Source: Mobula birostris (Eukaryota). From it: a stretch of DNA of 64,000 nt. The notes beneath the pieces are model-generated. The model saw only the letters and a program-made list of their open reading frames with translations. It was not told the origin of the DNA and made no database searches. The position numbers and the translations under genes were made by a program. The stretch is taken from contig NC_092378.1 in assembly GCF_030028105.1 (NCBI RefSeq), forward strand, positions 16,634,762-16,698,761, read 5' to 3'. Shown here in pieces: positions 23,520-36,909 of this stretch (position 1 is its first letter; each line of letters begins with the position of its first letter).

Positions 23520-24740
23520 ACACAGCCTTAAATCACCTGGACAATACAAACACCTATGTCGAGATGCTGTTCATTGACTATAGCTCAGCGTTTAACACCA
23601 TCGTTCCTACAACCTTGATCGATAAGCTATGGAACCTGGGTCTCTGTACCTCCCTTGCAACTAGACACTTGACTTCCTAACTGGAAGACCACAAACTATG
23701 GGGATTGGTATTAATAACTCCTCCTCGCTGACAATGAACACCTCAGGGATGTGCGCTTAGCCCATTGCTTTACTCTTCCTATACCCATGACAATGGCTAG
23801 GTATAGCTCAAATGCCATCTAAAACTTTGCTGATGATACAACCACGATTGGCAGAATCTCAGATGGAGATGAGAGTGAGTACAGGAGTGAGATCCACCAG
23901 CTAGTTGAGTGGTGTCCCAGCAACAACCTTGCAGTCAATGTCAGCAAGAGCAAAGAGCTGATTGTTCTCTTCAGAAAGGGTAAGACGAGGGAATACAAAC
24001 CAACCCTCATAGAGGGATCAGAAGCAGAGAGAGTGAGCAATTTCAAGTTCTTGGGTGTCAAGATCTCTGAGAATCTAACCTGGTCCCAACATAACGATGT
24101 AGCTATAAAGATGGAAAGACAGTGGCTCTATTCCATTAGGAGTTTGAGCAGATTTGATTTGTCACCCAAGACACCCTAAGACTTCTACAGATGTACTGTG
24201 GAGAGCATTCTGACAGGTTGCATCACTGTCTGGTAAGCGGGGCAGGGGGTGGGGGGTGCTGGGCTATTGCACAGGATCCGAAAGAAGATACAGAAATTTG
24301 TAAAATTAGGCGGCCCCAGCATGGGTAGTAGCCTCCATAGTATCCAAGATATTTTCAAGGAGCAATGTCTCAGAAAGGAAGCATCCTTTATTAAGGACCC
24401 CCACCACCCAGGACATGCTCTCTTCTCATTGTTATCATCAGGAAGGAGGTACAGAAGTCTGAAAGCACACACTCAGCAATTCAGTAACAGCTTCTTCCCC
24501 TCTGCAATCAGATTCCTAAATGGGCATTGAACCCATGAACACTACCTCACTTTTATTATTTTTGTTTTTGCACTATTTTTAATGTAACTATTTAATACAC
24601 ATATATGTATATATACCTACTGTAATTGATTTACTTATTTATTTTTTTCTCCTATATTATCATGTATTACATTTTATTGCAGCTGCTAAGTTAACACATT
24701 TCACAACACATGCTGGTGATATTAAACCTGATTCTGAACT
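23520..24740 (+). mobile_element. Rex/Babar-type LINE 3' half, degenerate
   Basis: [17 protein letters not shown], FADDTT and IKDPHHPGHALFSLLSSGRRYRS remnants. Confidence 0.85.
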
Positions 24741-24900
24741 AGGTGTTGATTCTAAATGCCAATTTCTGTATTTAAAGATCCAATTTGTAAAGAGATAATT
24801 TCTTTTTGTAAATCTGGAACATTAAATCATGCCTCAACTGTGAAATCCACAGGTGTTACACAAGAGATGTATTGTCCTGGGTGCCTACATCTATTCTTCA

Positions 24901-25802
24901 GGCTACGTCCACACTAGACCAGATAAATCCATAACCGAAGCTTTTTCTCTTCATTTTGACCCTCCGTCCACACTGAAACAGCGTTTTCCTCCCCCGAAAA
25001 CGGAAATGTTCTAAAACGCCCTCCAGAGTGTGTAAATTTCAAACCGCCAATTCTGCAGAGCAGTGTGGATGGGGTAAACGGATATTTTTTAAAACGCTGT
25101 CATGACGTCCCGGAACAGATGGTGGCAGCACGGCATTTCATTGTTTTCTTGAATGCAACCCCCCACACAACCTAACAATTTCAGAACAGACAGCAACAAG
25201 ACTGAAGCCAGAAGAGTTAGAAATGTACTCACCAGATACTTTGACCCATAGCTTACTGAATAAATAAGTATACTCACTTTGCCCTGTTTTCTGTCCTTGC
25301 TTGTATGAAGGTGGTTTGCCTTTTAATGCAAGTATTTCTCTGACAATAGATGAGTAACAGCCTAATGTAACATTGTATGGAAATACAAGATAACACTGAT
25401 GCAGACGTGTTTTATACATTTAACAAGGTGCTTTATTAATGCAACAGAGTTAGTCAGTTTTTCAATGTTCGTCATCAGCCTGGACATACTATCCGTGAAC
25501 TCCCCATAGGTTGCCTCCATACGCTCCAGTATTTTTTTTAGTTTTAAGTCCTCCTGCGCGAGAGCCAACAGCAATTCCTTTCAAGTTTTTCTAGTCTATA
25601 ACTGGACAAACGTGCACCACGTATACCGTTTCCTCTTTGCTTGTTTTCTGTGTGTCCTGTGCATGCCTAGTAGGAGGAGATTCGCCCAAATATCTGTTCT
25701 AATGTGGACGGAGATATTTTAAAAAACGCCTGGTGTGGATGCCTATCGTTTTTACGTGAAACCGGCATTTTCAAAATTATCCAGTCTAGTGTGGACGTAG
25801 CC
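24901..25802. mobile_element. Non-autonomous PIF/Harbinger DNA transposon
   Basis: TIR GGCTACGTCCACACTAGAC (19/19 match, extends imperfectly), 3-bp TSD TCA/TCA; minus-strand coiled-coil ORF remnant LLALAQEDLKLKKILERMEATYGEFTDSMSRLMTNIEKLTNSV. Confidence 0.85.
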
Positions 25803-25982
25803 TCAGACAGCACCATCAGTTCCTTTCCCAGCAGCACCTGAAGTGTGATCAGCAACAAAACGCGACAAATTCAGTGCCATTTGGAAAGATATCCATTGCA
25901 ACCTCCCGAACAGATTTGGTTTTAATTGAGGACAAGCTCTTATCTAACACAGGAAGTGAGATCTATCATGATTTCCAATGTA

Positions 25983-26469
25983 CAAGGGGTGGTTGATAAG
26001 TTCGTGGCCTAAGGTAGAAGGAGTCAATTTAAGAAAACCTAGTACATTTATTTTTCCTACATTTACACACTTAGTCCAGCGGTCATGGAGCATACGGATC
26101 CCTTCTTTGTAGAAGTTGGCATCTTGGACCTCCAGAGAGTGGTCCTCAGCAGGGGTGATTTATAAGTTTGTGGTCTAAGGTAGAAGGAGATGAGTTATGA
26201 ACTTCAAACTTTCTGCATTTTCACTCAAAGAGTTGAACTGCACGTGCATGCAACGAGAGCTATATAACTCATCTCCTTCTACCTCAGGCCACGAACTTAT
26301 CAATCACCCCTGCTGTGGACCACTTCTACAAAGAAGGGATCTGTATGCTCCACGACTGCTGGACTAACTGTGTACATGTAGGAGGGGACTATGTTGAAAA
26401 ATAAATGTGCTAGGTTTTCTAAAATTGACTCCTTCTACCTTAGGCCACGAACTTATCAATCATCCTTCA
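25983..26469. mobile_element. Mariner-type palindromic MITE, copy 1
   Basis: TA TSD, long TIRs C(A/G)AGGGGTG(G/A)TTGATAAGTTCGTGGCCTAAGGTAGAAGGAG, internal TIR copies. Confidence 0.85.
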
Positions 26470-26780
26470 TAGCAGCACTGTTGGAAGAACTCAGTAGGTC
26501 AGGCAGCAACTACGGAAACGGTCCAGGCTGAGATCCTTCATCAGAACTGTGAAGGGTCTCAGTCCTGAAGAAGGGTCTCGGCCAGAAACGTTGACTGTTT
26601 ATTCATTTCCATAAATGCTGCCTAACTTGCTGCATTCTTCCAGCATTTTCTATGTGTTGCTCTGGATTTCCAGCATCTGCAGAATCTCTTGTGCCTCTGT
26701 GTAGCAGGTCTGCGTAGCATCGACACTTTCATGAGTGTTGGTAAATTAAATCCTCCTAATTTTTTTTTTAGATTTTTTTA

Positions 26781-27402
26781 GATTATGAAGACGCATAGTC
26801 CCCTTTTATTGTCATTTAGTAATGCATGCATTAAGAAATGATACAATATTTCCTCCGGTGTGATATCACAAAACACAGGACAGACCAAGACTGAAAAAAC
26901 TGACAAAACTACATAATTATAACATATAGTTACAACAGTGCAACAATACCATAACTTGATGAAGAAGTCCATGAGCACAGTAAAAAGTTCAAAGTCTCTC
27001 AAATGTCCCACATCTCATGCCGACGGGAGAAGGAAGAAAATCTCTCCCTGCCATGCCCGACCACAGTCCGTCTCTGAGTCATCCGAAAACTTCGAACCTC
27101 CGAATCAGCTCTCCAACACCGAGTACTGAACGCCATCTCCGTCCGAACGATTCGACCTCAATCTCGGTCACCAACAGCGGGCAAAGCCGGGGATTTTGAG
27201 GCCTTCCCTCCGGAAGATTCTCGACCACGCAGTAACGACAGCAGCGAACGAGCGTTTCAGAAATTTCCCCGGATGTTCCTCTGTGCTTTCACGTCCGTCT
27301 CCATTAAATCAGAATTGTCCACGGCCCCTATTTAGCGGATACGATATCATTTTTTACCGGAGGACTGCACACGCGCAGTGCGCTGCTCTCTCTCCTCCTG
27401 CC
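26781..27402 (-). mobile_element. Short non-autonomous retroelement; second copy at 46097-46721
   Basis: Shares the 3' end AATAAAAGGGGACT...CATAATC and a GC-rich 5' end with the 46.1-46.7 kb copy. Confidence 0.65.
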
Positions 27403-27674
27403 TTAGAAAGTATCAAGAAATTTGTGAAAGCATGAAGAAATCAGGAATAGCAGTTAAGAGCTGTGCAAACCTATTACAGTACGAAGGATGTGGTGACAGG
27501 ACAAGTTGAAAAATAATAATAGAAATAGGAAAGGTCAGCACTGACAATATAAAAAGGAACAAATGTTTAATAAATGAGTTGGAGTTTTTCGTGAGGTTGC
27601 AAAGAGCAAAATAGTTAAGATCAATCTAGTTGCAGAGGCGTATTCAATAATATTCCAGGCATGAGATTCATAAC

Positions 27675-28575
27675 ACAAACAAGAGAAAATCTGCAGATGT
27701 TGGAAATCTGAGCAACACACACAAATTGCTGGAGGAACTCATCAGGCTGGGCAGCATCTATGGAAAAAAGTACCGTCGACGTTTCGGGTCAAAACCTTTT
27801 GGAAGGACTGGATAGAGTGCTCGGTATTGGGATGCTATGATGGCTTAGTTAATGGATAGAAACCAGGAACCAGAAGTAAAGCAACATACACCAAATGCTG
27901 GAGGAACTCAGCAGGTCAGGCAGCATCTATGGAAATTAATAAACAGTTTATATTTTGGGCTGAGACCCTTCTTCAGGACTGGAAAGGAAAGGTGAAAACA
28001 TCAGAATAAAAAGATGAAGTGGGAGGGGGAATGAGACCCCCTCTGGAAGATGATAGGTGAAGCCAGGTAGGTGGGAAAGGTAGCGGGCTGGAAGGAATCT
28101 GGGAGGAGAGGAGAGTGGATTATAGGAAAAAGATAAGGAATTTGAGACCCAGGGGGATGTGATAAGCAGGTGAGAAGAGATAGAAGGCCAGAGTGGGGAA
28201 TAGAGGAAGGGGGAGATTTTTTTACTGGAAGGAGAAATCGATATTCATGCCATCAGGTTGGAGGCTACCCAGATAGAATATAAGGTCTTGTTCTCCACCC
28301 TGAGGGGTGCTTAATCTTGGCACAGGAGGAGGCCATGGGCTGACATGTTGGAACAGGAATAGAAATCGGAATTAAAATATTTGGCCACCAGGAAGTTCCA
28401 CTTTTGGTGGATGGAGCAGAGGTGCTTGGCAAAGCAGTTCCCCAATTTACAACAGGTCCAACCAATATCGAGGAGCACTGGGCACAATAGACAACCTCAG
28501 CAGATTCTCAGTTGAAGTGTTGCCTCACCTGGATGAACTGTTTGGGAGCTGAAAGGAGGTGAGGGAGGAGATATG
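27675..28575 (-). mobile_element. Penelope 3' fragment with tandem pLTR-like ends
   Basis: GIY-YIG-region remnant homologous to 11880-12210; two degenerate hammerhead-bearing ends. Confidence 0.75.
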
Positions 28576-30091
28576 GACAAACGTATACAATTATCAATTG
28601 TATGTTTTTTGTCTGTACCAAGGTTTATTTTGTACCACATGTCAAATAAAATAGGAATCCAAAATCAGAAGAGTAAATGTTCAGAATAACTAAAGTTCTT
28701 ACAGTTACTATTATAGAAAGACAAAGTGAGTGCCGGAAATAAAATTAACATGATCGGTACTTGATGGCCAGCATGGGCAAGATGGATCAAAGGGCCTCTA
28801 TCTGGGCTCTATGATTTTATGACACTAAGATACATCACAAAATTTCCTGAAACTTAAACTTGTCATAAAATTTAGAATGAGATCATCAGTAGTACTCAAG
28901 CTAAGCTGATTGTTATTTAACTATATACATATATACTGGTAAATGAGACTACATTTCTCCGGACCTGTCTGTTCTTGGCTTTATGCATCGGAGTCCCCTG
29001 CCTGATGGTAGAATGTCAACTAGGATGCTGGATGGATGGGTGGGATAATGCTAAGGGTCCCGGATATGCAGCGCTCCCGATAAATGTCCCCGATAGACGG
29101 TAGGGAGATCCCTGTGATCTTCTCGAACGTTCGCACAGACCTTTGTAGGGACTTCTTGCCTGATGTTCTGCTGCTGTTTCCACACCAGATGGAGGCGCAG
29201 CTTGTCGGGATGCTCTCAATGGTGCTTCTGTAAAATTCAGTTAAGGTGGGGATGTGGCGGGGGGGGGGAGCCTCGCTTGCTTTGGAGCACAGAGACATAG
29301 GAGACTGTAGGCCACCTCATGCTCAAGTGCTGTGGCATCACAAATATTAATTCCAATAAAATGTTAGGCCATGAACAAGTTGTCATGGAAGCAATGAGCT
29401 TAAACAGAAAATGAAACTGTTATTTAGTTGTTTTGATGCATAACCCATAATCTAAATAACATACTAAATTACTAGCCTGCAGGCACATAATTTTAAAGTA
29501 GGACAACCCCAGCGGCACATCAATTGCACTTTGGAGTTACAGATATTAAAAACACTGCAAATCTAACAGAGATAAATGAGTCAGATGGCAAATAGCTCCA
29601 AAAATATGAATAAACAGTTGAAGTAACTAAGCACAGAAAGCAAACTTTCTTGCATCCAATGAGTCTCCATAAGGTTATTCTGGATTCTTAAAGAAAATCA
29701 TATTGAATTATTCCACCAAGATCTCATGACTATAAGAGCAACTATCACAACATCAATAACTACTCAGGGAGTCATAGAGCTATACGGCATTAAGCAGCTC
29801 TTTTGGCCCAACTCATCCATGCTAACCAAGATGCTTATCCAAGCTAGTCCCATTTGACTGTGTTTGGTTCAAATCTCTCTAAATATTTTCTATCCATTTA
29901 CCTGTTGAAATGCCTTTCAAACATTTGTAATTGTCCCTAATCTTCAAGCTTCTTCTAGCAGCACATTGCATGCACCTCCGTGTGAAAAAAAGTATCCTTT
30001 TCTGTCCTTTCAAATCTTTCCATTCATATTAAATCTATGGCCTCTAGCTTTAGTCTCCCCTATCTTAGGGTGGGATGACAGGGTGGATATA

Positions 30092-30710
30092 CGAGAGGTG
30101 ATTGATAAGTTCGTGACCTAAGGCAGGAGTCAATTTTAGAAAACCTAGCACATTTATTTTTCCTACATGTACACACTTAGTCCAGCGGTCGTGGAGCATA
30201 CGGATCCCTTCTTTGTAGAAGTCGGCATCTTGGACCTCCAGAAGTTGTCCACAGCATGGGTGATTGATAAGTTTGTGGCCTAAGGTAGAAGGAGATGAGT
30301 TATTAACTTCAAACTTTCTGCATTTCCACTCAAAGAGTTGAACTGCATGTGCATATAATGAGAGCGGTATAACTCATCTCCTTCTACCTTAGGCCACAAA
30401 ATTATCAATCGCCCCTGCTATGGACCACCTGGAGGTCCAAGACGCTCTCGTTACATGCATGTGCAGTTCAGCTTTGAGTGATAATGCAGAAAGTTTGAAG
30501 TTAATAACTCATCTCCTTCTACTTTAGGCCACAAACTTATCAATCACCCCTGCTGTGGACGACTTCTACAAAGAAGAGATCCATATGCTCCACGACTGCT
30601 GGACTAAGTGTGTACATGTAGGAGGGGACTATGTTGAAAACTAAATGTGCTAAGGTTTTCTAAAATTAACTCCTTCTACCTTAGGCCACAAACTTATCAA
30701 TCACCCCTCG
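30092..30710. mobile_element. Mariner-type palindromic MITE, copy 2
   Basis: TA-CGAGAGGTGATTGATAAG...CTTATCAATCACCCCTCG-TA; same family as 25983-26469, with one extra internal module. Confidence 0.85.
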
Positions 30711-32299
30711 TACATCTCTACCAAAGGAGACGAAAGACGCTCCTTCGCTCCATTAGCCTGCAGGTCACTCTTGGACAAGTTGCAGCACCTGCTTTACCCC
30801 CTTAGTCAGGGTCACATGAAGCCATAGGAGCAGGTGGTGGATGGTTGTATGAGCAGCTGGTGCGTATCACAAGTCCTGGTTATGTGACCACTGACGCCAG
30901 GCAGACAATCTCTGCAGAGTTTTGGTTATGTCTGGAGTCACCTATCTTGTAAAGATATTGCCAATAAGAAAGCAATGGCAAATGACTTCTGTAGAAAAAT
31001 TTGCCAAGAACAATCATGGTCCAAGACTATGGTCACCCATGTTATATGACATGACTCATAATGATATGATATCCTAGGATAAAGACAGTGGCCATCCACC
31101 TTATCGATGCCCCTAATTAGTTTATATATGTGTCACCTCTCAGCTTCCTATGCTCCAGGGAAAAGACTCTCAACCTGTCCAGCCTCTCTTTATAACCCAT
31201 GCCTTCTACTTTCACTGACATCCTTGTGAATCCTTTTTGCACTCTTCCCAGTTTAATGGCATCCTTCCTATAGATAGGTGATCAGAACAACACACAATAC
31301 CCACTGTACTTTCGCAACGTAATGTCCCGATTCCTACATTCATTGCCCTAAATGGTGAAGACAAGCATGTGAGGTCCCTTCTTTGCTACACTGTCTATCT
31401 TTCTTCAAACTTCCAGGAGACTATGCGCCTGAACCCCACGGAGAACACTCCTAAACTAGAGACACCTGGATCACTCACCAGGGCCCTACAATTTACAGTA
31501 GCCCTATAGCCAGAAAGAGGTGAAGGCACATGTGGAGGCCAAGTCTTTATGTATATCTAAGGCAGAGGTTGATAGTTTCCTGATTGGTCAGGGCATGAAG
31601 GGATACGGGGAGAAGGCAGGAGATCAGGACTGAGAGGGAAATTCGATCAGCTATGGTGAAATGGCAGAGCAGACTTGACGGGCCAAATGGCCTACTTCTG
31701 CTCCTGTATCTTACAGTCTTAAAACACTGACTCAGTTTCTCTCACCAGTGATGCTGCTTGTTTCATTAGATTATTCGTGTTTTCTCAGAGATAATAGGCA
31801 CAGCCTACTCAATATTTACTTGCAAGGCAACTCTTCATCTCAATAAGCAGTCCAGTAATACTTTTCACTGCTTCCAAGACAAGTATACCCTTCAAATGAG
31901 ACATTTTTCAATATAACTTCAATTTTAGCTTCAGGAAAATCACCCGCTTCATAATACTGACAAAGGAAAATGTTTACGCAAAATAATCTGCAGATGCTGG
32001 GGTCAAAGCAATACTCACAACACGCTGGAGGAACTCAGCAGGTCGGGCAGCATCCGTGGAAACGATGAGTCGATGTTTCGGGCCGGAGCCCTTCGTCAGG
32101 ACACAAGGAAAATGTTTCTTTTGTACACGTTAGCAAAAATACTGACGGAACCTAACCAGATGCACTGTATATTCAGCAGACAGAAAATCCTTGTGAAGAA
32201 GGCTACCTCGTATATCTTGGCCTGGCACTATGTGGAGAGCAACAACAGTAACTATATGTATCTACAAGAAAAAAATATCAACTTTGTTTCTTCACTTTG

Positions 32300-32910
32300 G
32301 CTGAAAGTGGCTGGCAAATGGATGAAATTACAAAGAAAGCACAACAGTGGCTGTATTTCGTTGGAAGTTTGAGGAAAATTGGTATGTCACCAAAGACACT
32401 TGCAAATATCTACAGGTGTACTATGGAGCACGTTCTAACTGGTTACATCATCATCTGGTATGGTGGGGGCACAGCACAGGATCAGAAAAAGCTGCAGAAA
32501 GTTGTAAACTCAGCCAGCAGCACCTTGGGCACTTGCCTCCCCAACATCCGGGACACGTTCAAAAGGCAATGCCTCAGGAGGGCGGCAACCATCATTAAGG
32601 ACCCCCATCACCCTGGCCATAACCTCTTCTCATTGCTACCATCAAGGAGGAGGTACAGGAGTCTGAAGATACACACTCAACAATTCAGGAACAGCTTCTT
32701 CCCCTGCATCATCAGATTTCTGAATGGACATTGACCCCATGATCACTTCCTCAATATTTTCCGCTCTTTTTGCACTACTTATATAATTTATTATATATAT
32801 ATGTCTTATTGTAATTTATAGATTTTATTCATGTGCATTGCAATGTACTGCTGCTGCTAAACAATAGATTTCTTGACAAAATCCAGTGATATTAAATCTG
32901 ACTCCGTTTC
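32300..32910 (+). mobile_element. Rex/Babar-type LINE 3' end
   Basis: KKAQQWLYFVGSLRKIGMSPKTL...IIKDPHHPGHNLFSLLPSRRRYRS. Confidence 0.85.
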
Positions 32911-34599
32911 TGACATCTTGATTACTACCCTTCAGGTTCAGATTTACAGCATCTGTTTTTTATTTCCAAACTCCATTTATTTACAACATTTTATCTGCAG
33001 GGGTCCTGAAAGCACCTGACAGGAATTATATCAAGGGTCAAGTCTGTGTAGCAAGAAGATAGGAACATAGAAAACCTACAGCACAATACAGGCCCTTTGG
33101 CCCACAAAGCTGTGCCAAACATGTCCTTACCTTAGAAATTACCTAGGGTTACCCATAGCCCTCTATTTTTCTGAGCTCCATGTACCTGTTCAGGAATCTC
33201 TTAAAAGACCCTATCGTATCCGCCTCCACCACTGTCGCCAGCAGCCCATTCCACGCACTCACCACTCTCTGTGTAAAAAAACTTACCCCGACATCTCTCC
33301 TGTACCTAGGATGCTAGGGTAGATCAGCTAGAGGTGACCTTTAAGAAGCATTTTGAAAAAAGGAAAATAGGCAGAGAAACAGTAAAGTTTAGAATAGGTA
33401 TTCTGGAGTTTAGGGGATTGGTATGTGTAGGCATGATACGAACAAGTATATTGACATGTGAGAGAGGGCAGATGGACTCATTTACAAGCTGACTGCCATG
33501 CTTGCCCTGAAATCTTTACTGACAGAATGGAACCCTACACCAGCTGTACCTCACTGAGTGAGAGTCAGAAGTTGAGTAACCCACAATACAACATGGACCA
33601 TGCTGGCTGCACTATGCAACTTGCAGTTGCCATTCTCAGAAATTAGTACAATATAACCACATCCTAAAGATCACTTGGTATGTTGAACCTCATTAAATTC
33701 TTTGAAGCATTGATTGAAAACAAGTGGAAAAGAATGTGGTTAGTTTTCTTCTCCATTGACCATTGAGCGCCTGAATTAGTTTATAGAATTTATGTCATAC
33801 ACATAGTCAAGTATATACAACTTACGGTTTTCCCTTCCATGACAGCAAGGAGTGATGATGCTTTTCGGGGCATTTCTTGCATCACTGATTTGCTGTTTGC
33901 CAGTTGCTACTTATTACTGTCTCTGTCATGGCTGTGTTTGCAGACACATGCATTCAGGAAGTATGAAGAAAATGAATCAACCTCAGAGGATGAAACTTGG
34001 GTTCCACCTAATCTGTTTGTTAAGATATCACATAATGACAATGAGGGAAATAGTTCCAAAAATCAGTATGGCTAAAAACAGACATTTTTCAAGAAAACTT
34101 ACTGGAAGAGAATGGACGTCTAATAATATCTGCTTTAGCACTTGGCTCTCAAATTCGCACATGGGATGAATGTTATGTGATATAGTCACATTTATTCCAT
34201 GAAAATAGCATTGATAATGGGAATAAATGAAAGTCTCTCCTTACTGCTACGGTAGAGGTAATAATCTAGAACCAGGAACTTAGAACATACAATAATACAG
34301 CACAGGAACAGGCCCATCAGCCCATAATGTTGTGCCAAACTAATTAAATTAATACTTAAACATCTAACTAAACTAATTCCTTCTGCCTTCACAATATCCA
34401 TATCCTTTCATTTTCTGTACATCCATGTGTCACTCTAAGAGCACTTTAACACCTCAATCATACCAGCCCAATACGGGCCCTTCAGTACATGATGTTTTGT
34501 CAGCCTTTTACCCTACTCCAAGATAAATCTTACCCTTCCCTCCCACACAACGCTCCATTTTTCGTTCACCCATATGCCTATGTAAGAGTCTCTTAGAAG

Positions 34600-35870
34600 T
34601 CCCTAATGTATCTGCCTCTACCACCACCCTTGACAGTGAAACTCAAGCATCCCATCACTCCCTGTGTAAAAACAACCATCACCCTCATACTTCCCTTCAA
34701 TCATCTTAAAATTATGCCCTCTTGTACTAGTCGTTGCCACCCTGGGAAATAGTTGCTGACTGCACACTTTATCAATCTTATACATCTCAATCAAGTATTT
34801 CTTACCCTCCTTTACTCCAAAAAAAGCCCTCGCTTGCTCAAACTTTCCTGATAAGACATGCTTTCTAATCCAGACAACATCCTGATAAATCTCATCTGCA
34901 CCCTCTCTAAAGCTTCCCACATCCTTTCTATTATGAGATGATCTTATCAGAACACAATACTCCAGGTATGGTTTAACCAGAGAGTAATAAAGCTCACAGC
35001 CCTTGAACTCAACCTCCTGCCAACACACTATACGCCTTCTTAACCACCTTATCAATTTGGGTGACAACTTCGAGGAATTGATGGATGTGGACCTCAAGAT
35101 CCCTCTGTTGCTCCCCATTGCTAAGAATCTGTCATTAACCTGTACTCTACCTGCAAGTTCAACCTTTTAAAGTGCATCACTTCACACTTCTCAGGATTAA
35201 ACTCTGCCACTTCTCAGCCCAGCTCTGCATTCTATCACTGTCCTGTTCTAACCTACCGTATGACAATCTATCCACAAAACCACCAACTTTCATGACACCT
35301 GCAAACTTACTAACCCACCCTTCCACTTCCTCATCTAAGTCATTTATGAAAATCACAAAGATCAGGGGTCCCAGAACAGATCCCTGCAGAACATAACAGT
35401 CACAAGCCTCCAGGCAGAAAATGCTCCACCTCCTACTACTACTCACTGCCTTCTGTGGGCAAGCCAATTCAGAATCCATGCAACCAAGTTTCTCTCTGAA
35501 GTCTATGCCTCCAGATTTTTAGAAAGAGCCAACCATGGAAACATTATCGAATGCCTTATTTTATAAACTGCAACATTACTTTCTGAGCCTTGAACTTAAT
35601 GCTTTAACTAATGAAGACAATTTTGGTATATACCATTTTTATCATCTTATCAACCTGTGTAGCCATTTTCAGTGAGCTATGAACTTTGACCCAAGACCCC
35701 TCTATACATCAATTAACAGTCTCTTTACATTTGATCTCCCAAAGTGCAACACCTCATATTTTGCCGGATGTAAATTCCATTGACATTTCTCCTTCCATAT
35801 CTGCAACTGGTCTATACCCACTGTATCCTTTGTCAATCTTCTATGCTATCCTTAAGAACACTAATCTTTG
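34600..35870 (-). mobile_element. CR1-type LINE fragments
   Basis: QGSVLGPLIFVIFINDLDEEVEGWVSKFA; YYSLVKPYLEYCV. Confidence 0.8.
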
Positions 35871-35889
35871 TATCATATTGTGATCGTTG

Positions 35890-36440
35890 TCAATATTGTA
35901 GTCTAATGAGAATCCTGCTAAGCCTGAAGAAAACAGTTCAACAAAACATTGATGGAATTAATGGATTTTGTGAAGAATCACTTTAACTAAAGCCATGCAA
36001 GATAATGCAGTGGTGTAAGTTTGATTCACAGCCAGGAAATCTAATGGAACAGTGGTTGAGATATGCAGCCAAATTGGGGAAATTATCACAAGACAGTGAT
36101 TACAGCACCATTCTGTCATAGGCAGGTTAGAGTGCACAATTGATGATGAGTGGATGCAAAAGATAGCTATCAGAGGTGAATCTGACCTTTGAGAATGCGT
36201 TGAAAATTGCCAAAGTAGTAAAGTCAGCAATTGATAATGTGCAGGACTTGCAAATTCCATCTAACAGTGAGCATGGTGGACAAGCGATAAAACACACCGG
36301 TCTGAAGCAAAGTGGGATGCTTTAAGAAGGTAAATAAATGGCTGTTAACACTCCGGTAGGAAGCACACTTTCTCAGTGCAGATACAAGCAAGGAAAATGT
36401 CAGCGAGGTGCTTTAAAAAGCCACATTGCCAGATCTTAAT
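35890..36440 (+). mobile_element. Degenerate Ty3/Gypsy gag remnant
   Basis: Frameshifted pieces read KTLMELMDFVKNHF...LSEVNLTFENALKIAKVV, typical of Gypsy gag. Confidence 0.55.
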
Positions 36441-36876
36441 ATAATCCATTTAAAGTTGAGTAAACAAAATGGAAGTGAGAATTTAAATGAATTTCCAAAA
36501 TTTCTTCTATCTTCAGCACAATCAAGTGAAGGCTGTAATACTGAGGTGAGTATTCACCTTTAGCACAAAGTTCCCACTAATTTGTAATGACCAGTGTGTG
36601 CAAAACTCTTGAGCTGTGCAATTATTGACAACAACATGTGTGCACTGAATAATTTCTTCTATATTAAAAAAAAGTATAAATAAGCCAGTTCTAAACTCTG
36701 CAGATAAATCATCGCAGACTCCATGTTGTCAACACTGTCTGCATCAGAAACCAGAAAAGGAAGTGTGATTGTGTACGATTGTGGAATACGCTTAACATGA
36801 TATGAGGTGGAGGATGACAACCTTTTGTGTGGAGTTTAAATTCCTTTGTGCACTTAGTAAATGATGTGTATGTGCG

Positions 36877-36881
<5 letters not shown>

Positions 36882-36909
<28 letters not shown>
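36882..36909. repeat. (CA)n microsatellite
   Basis: Direct reading; similar (TG)n tracts at ~41121-41141 and ~57374-57397. Confidence 0.9.

Noticed and set aside
25983-30710. Repeated ~38-bp units with spacers, resembling a CRISPR array
   Set aside because: The units are inverted TIR copies in TA-flanked MITEs within vertebrate DNA; there are no cas genes and the spacers are not unique.
33839-34169. Two overlapping ORFs with hydrophobic, signal-like N-termini as a possible IL26 or IFNG exon 1
   Set aside because: There is no suitable phase-0 donor, no downstream exons and no cytokine motifs, so it cannot be supported as a CDS.
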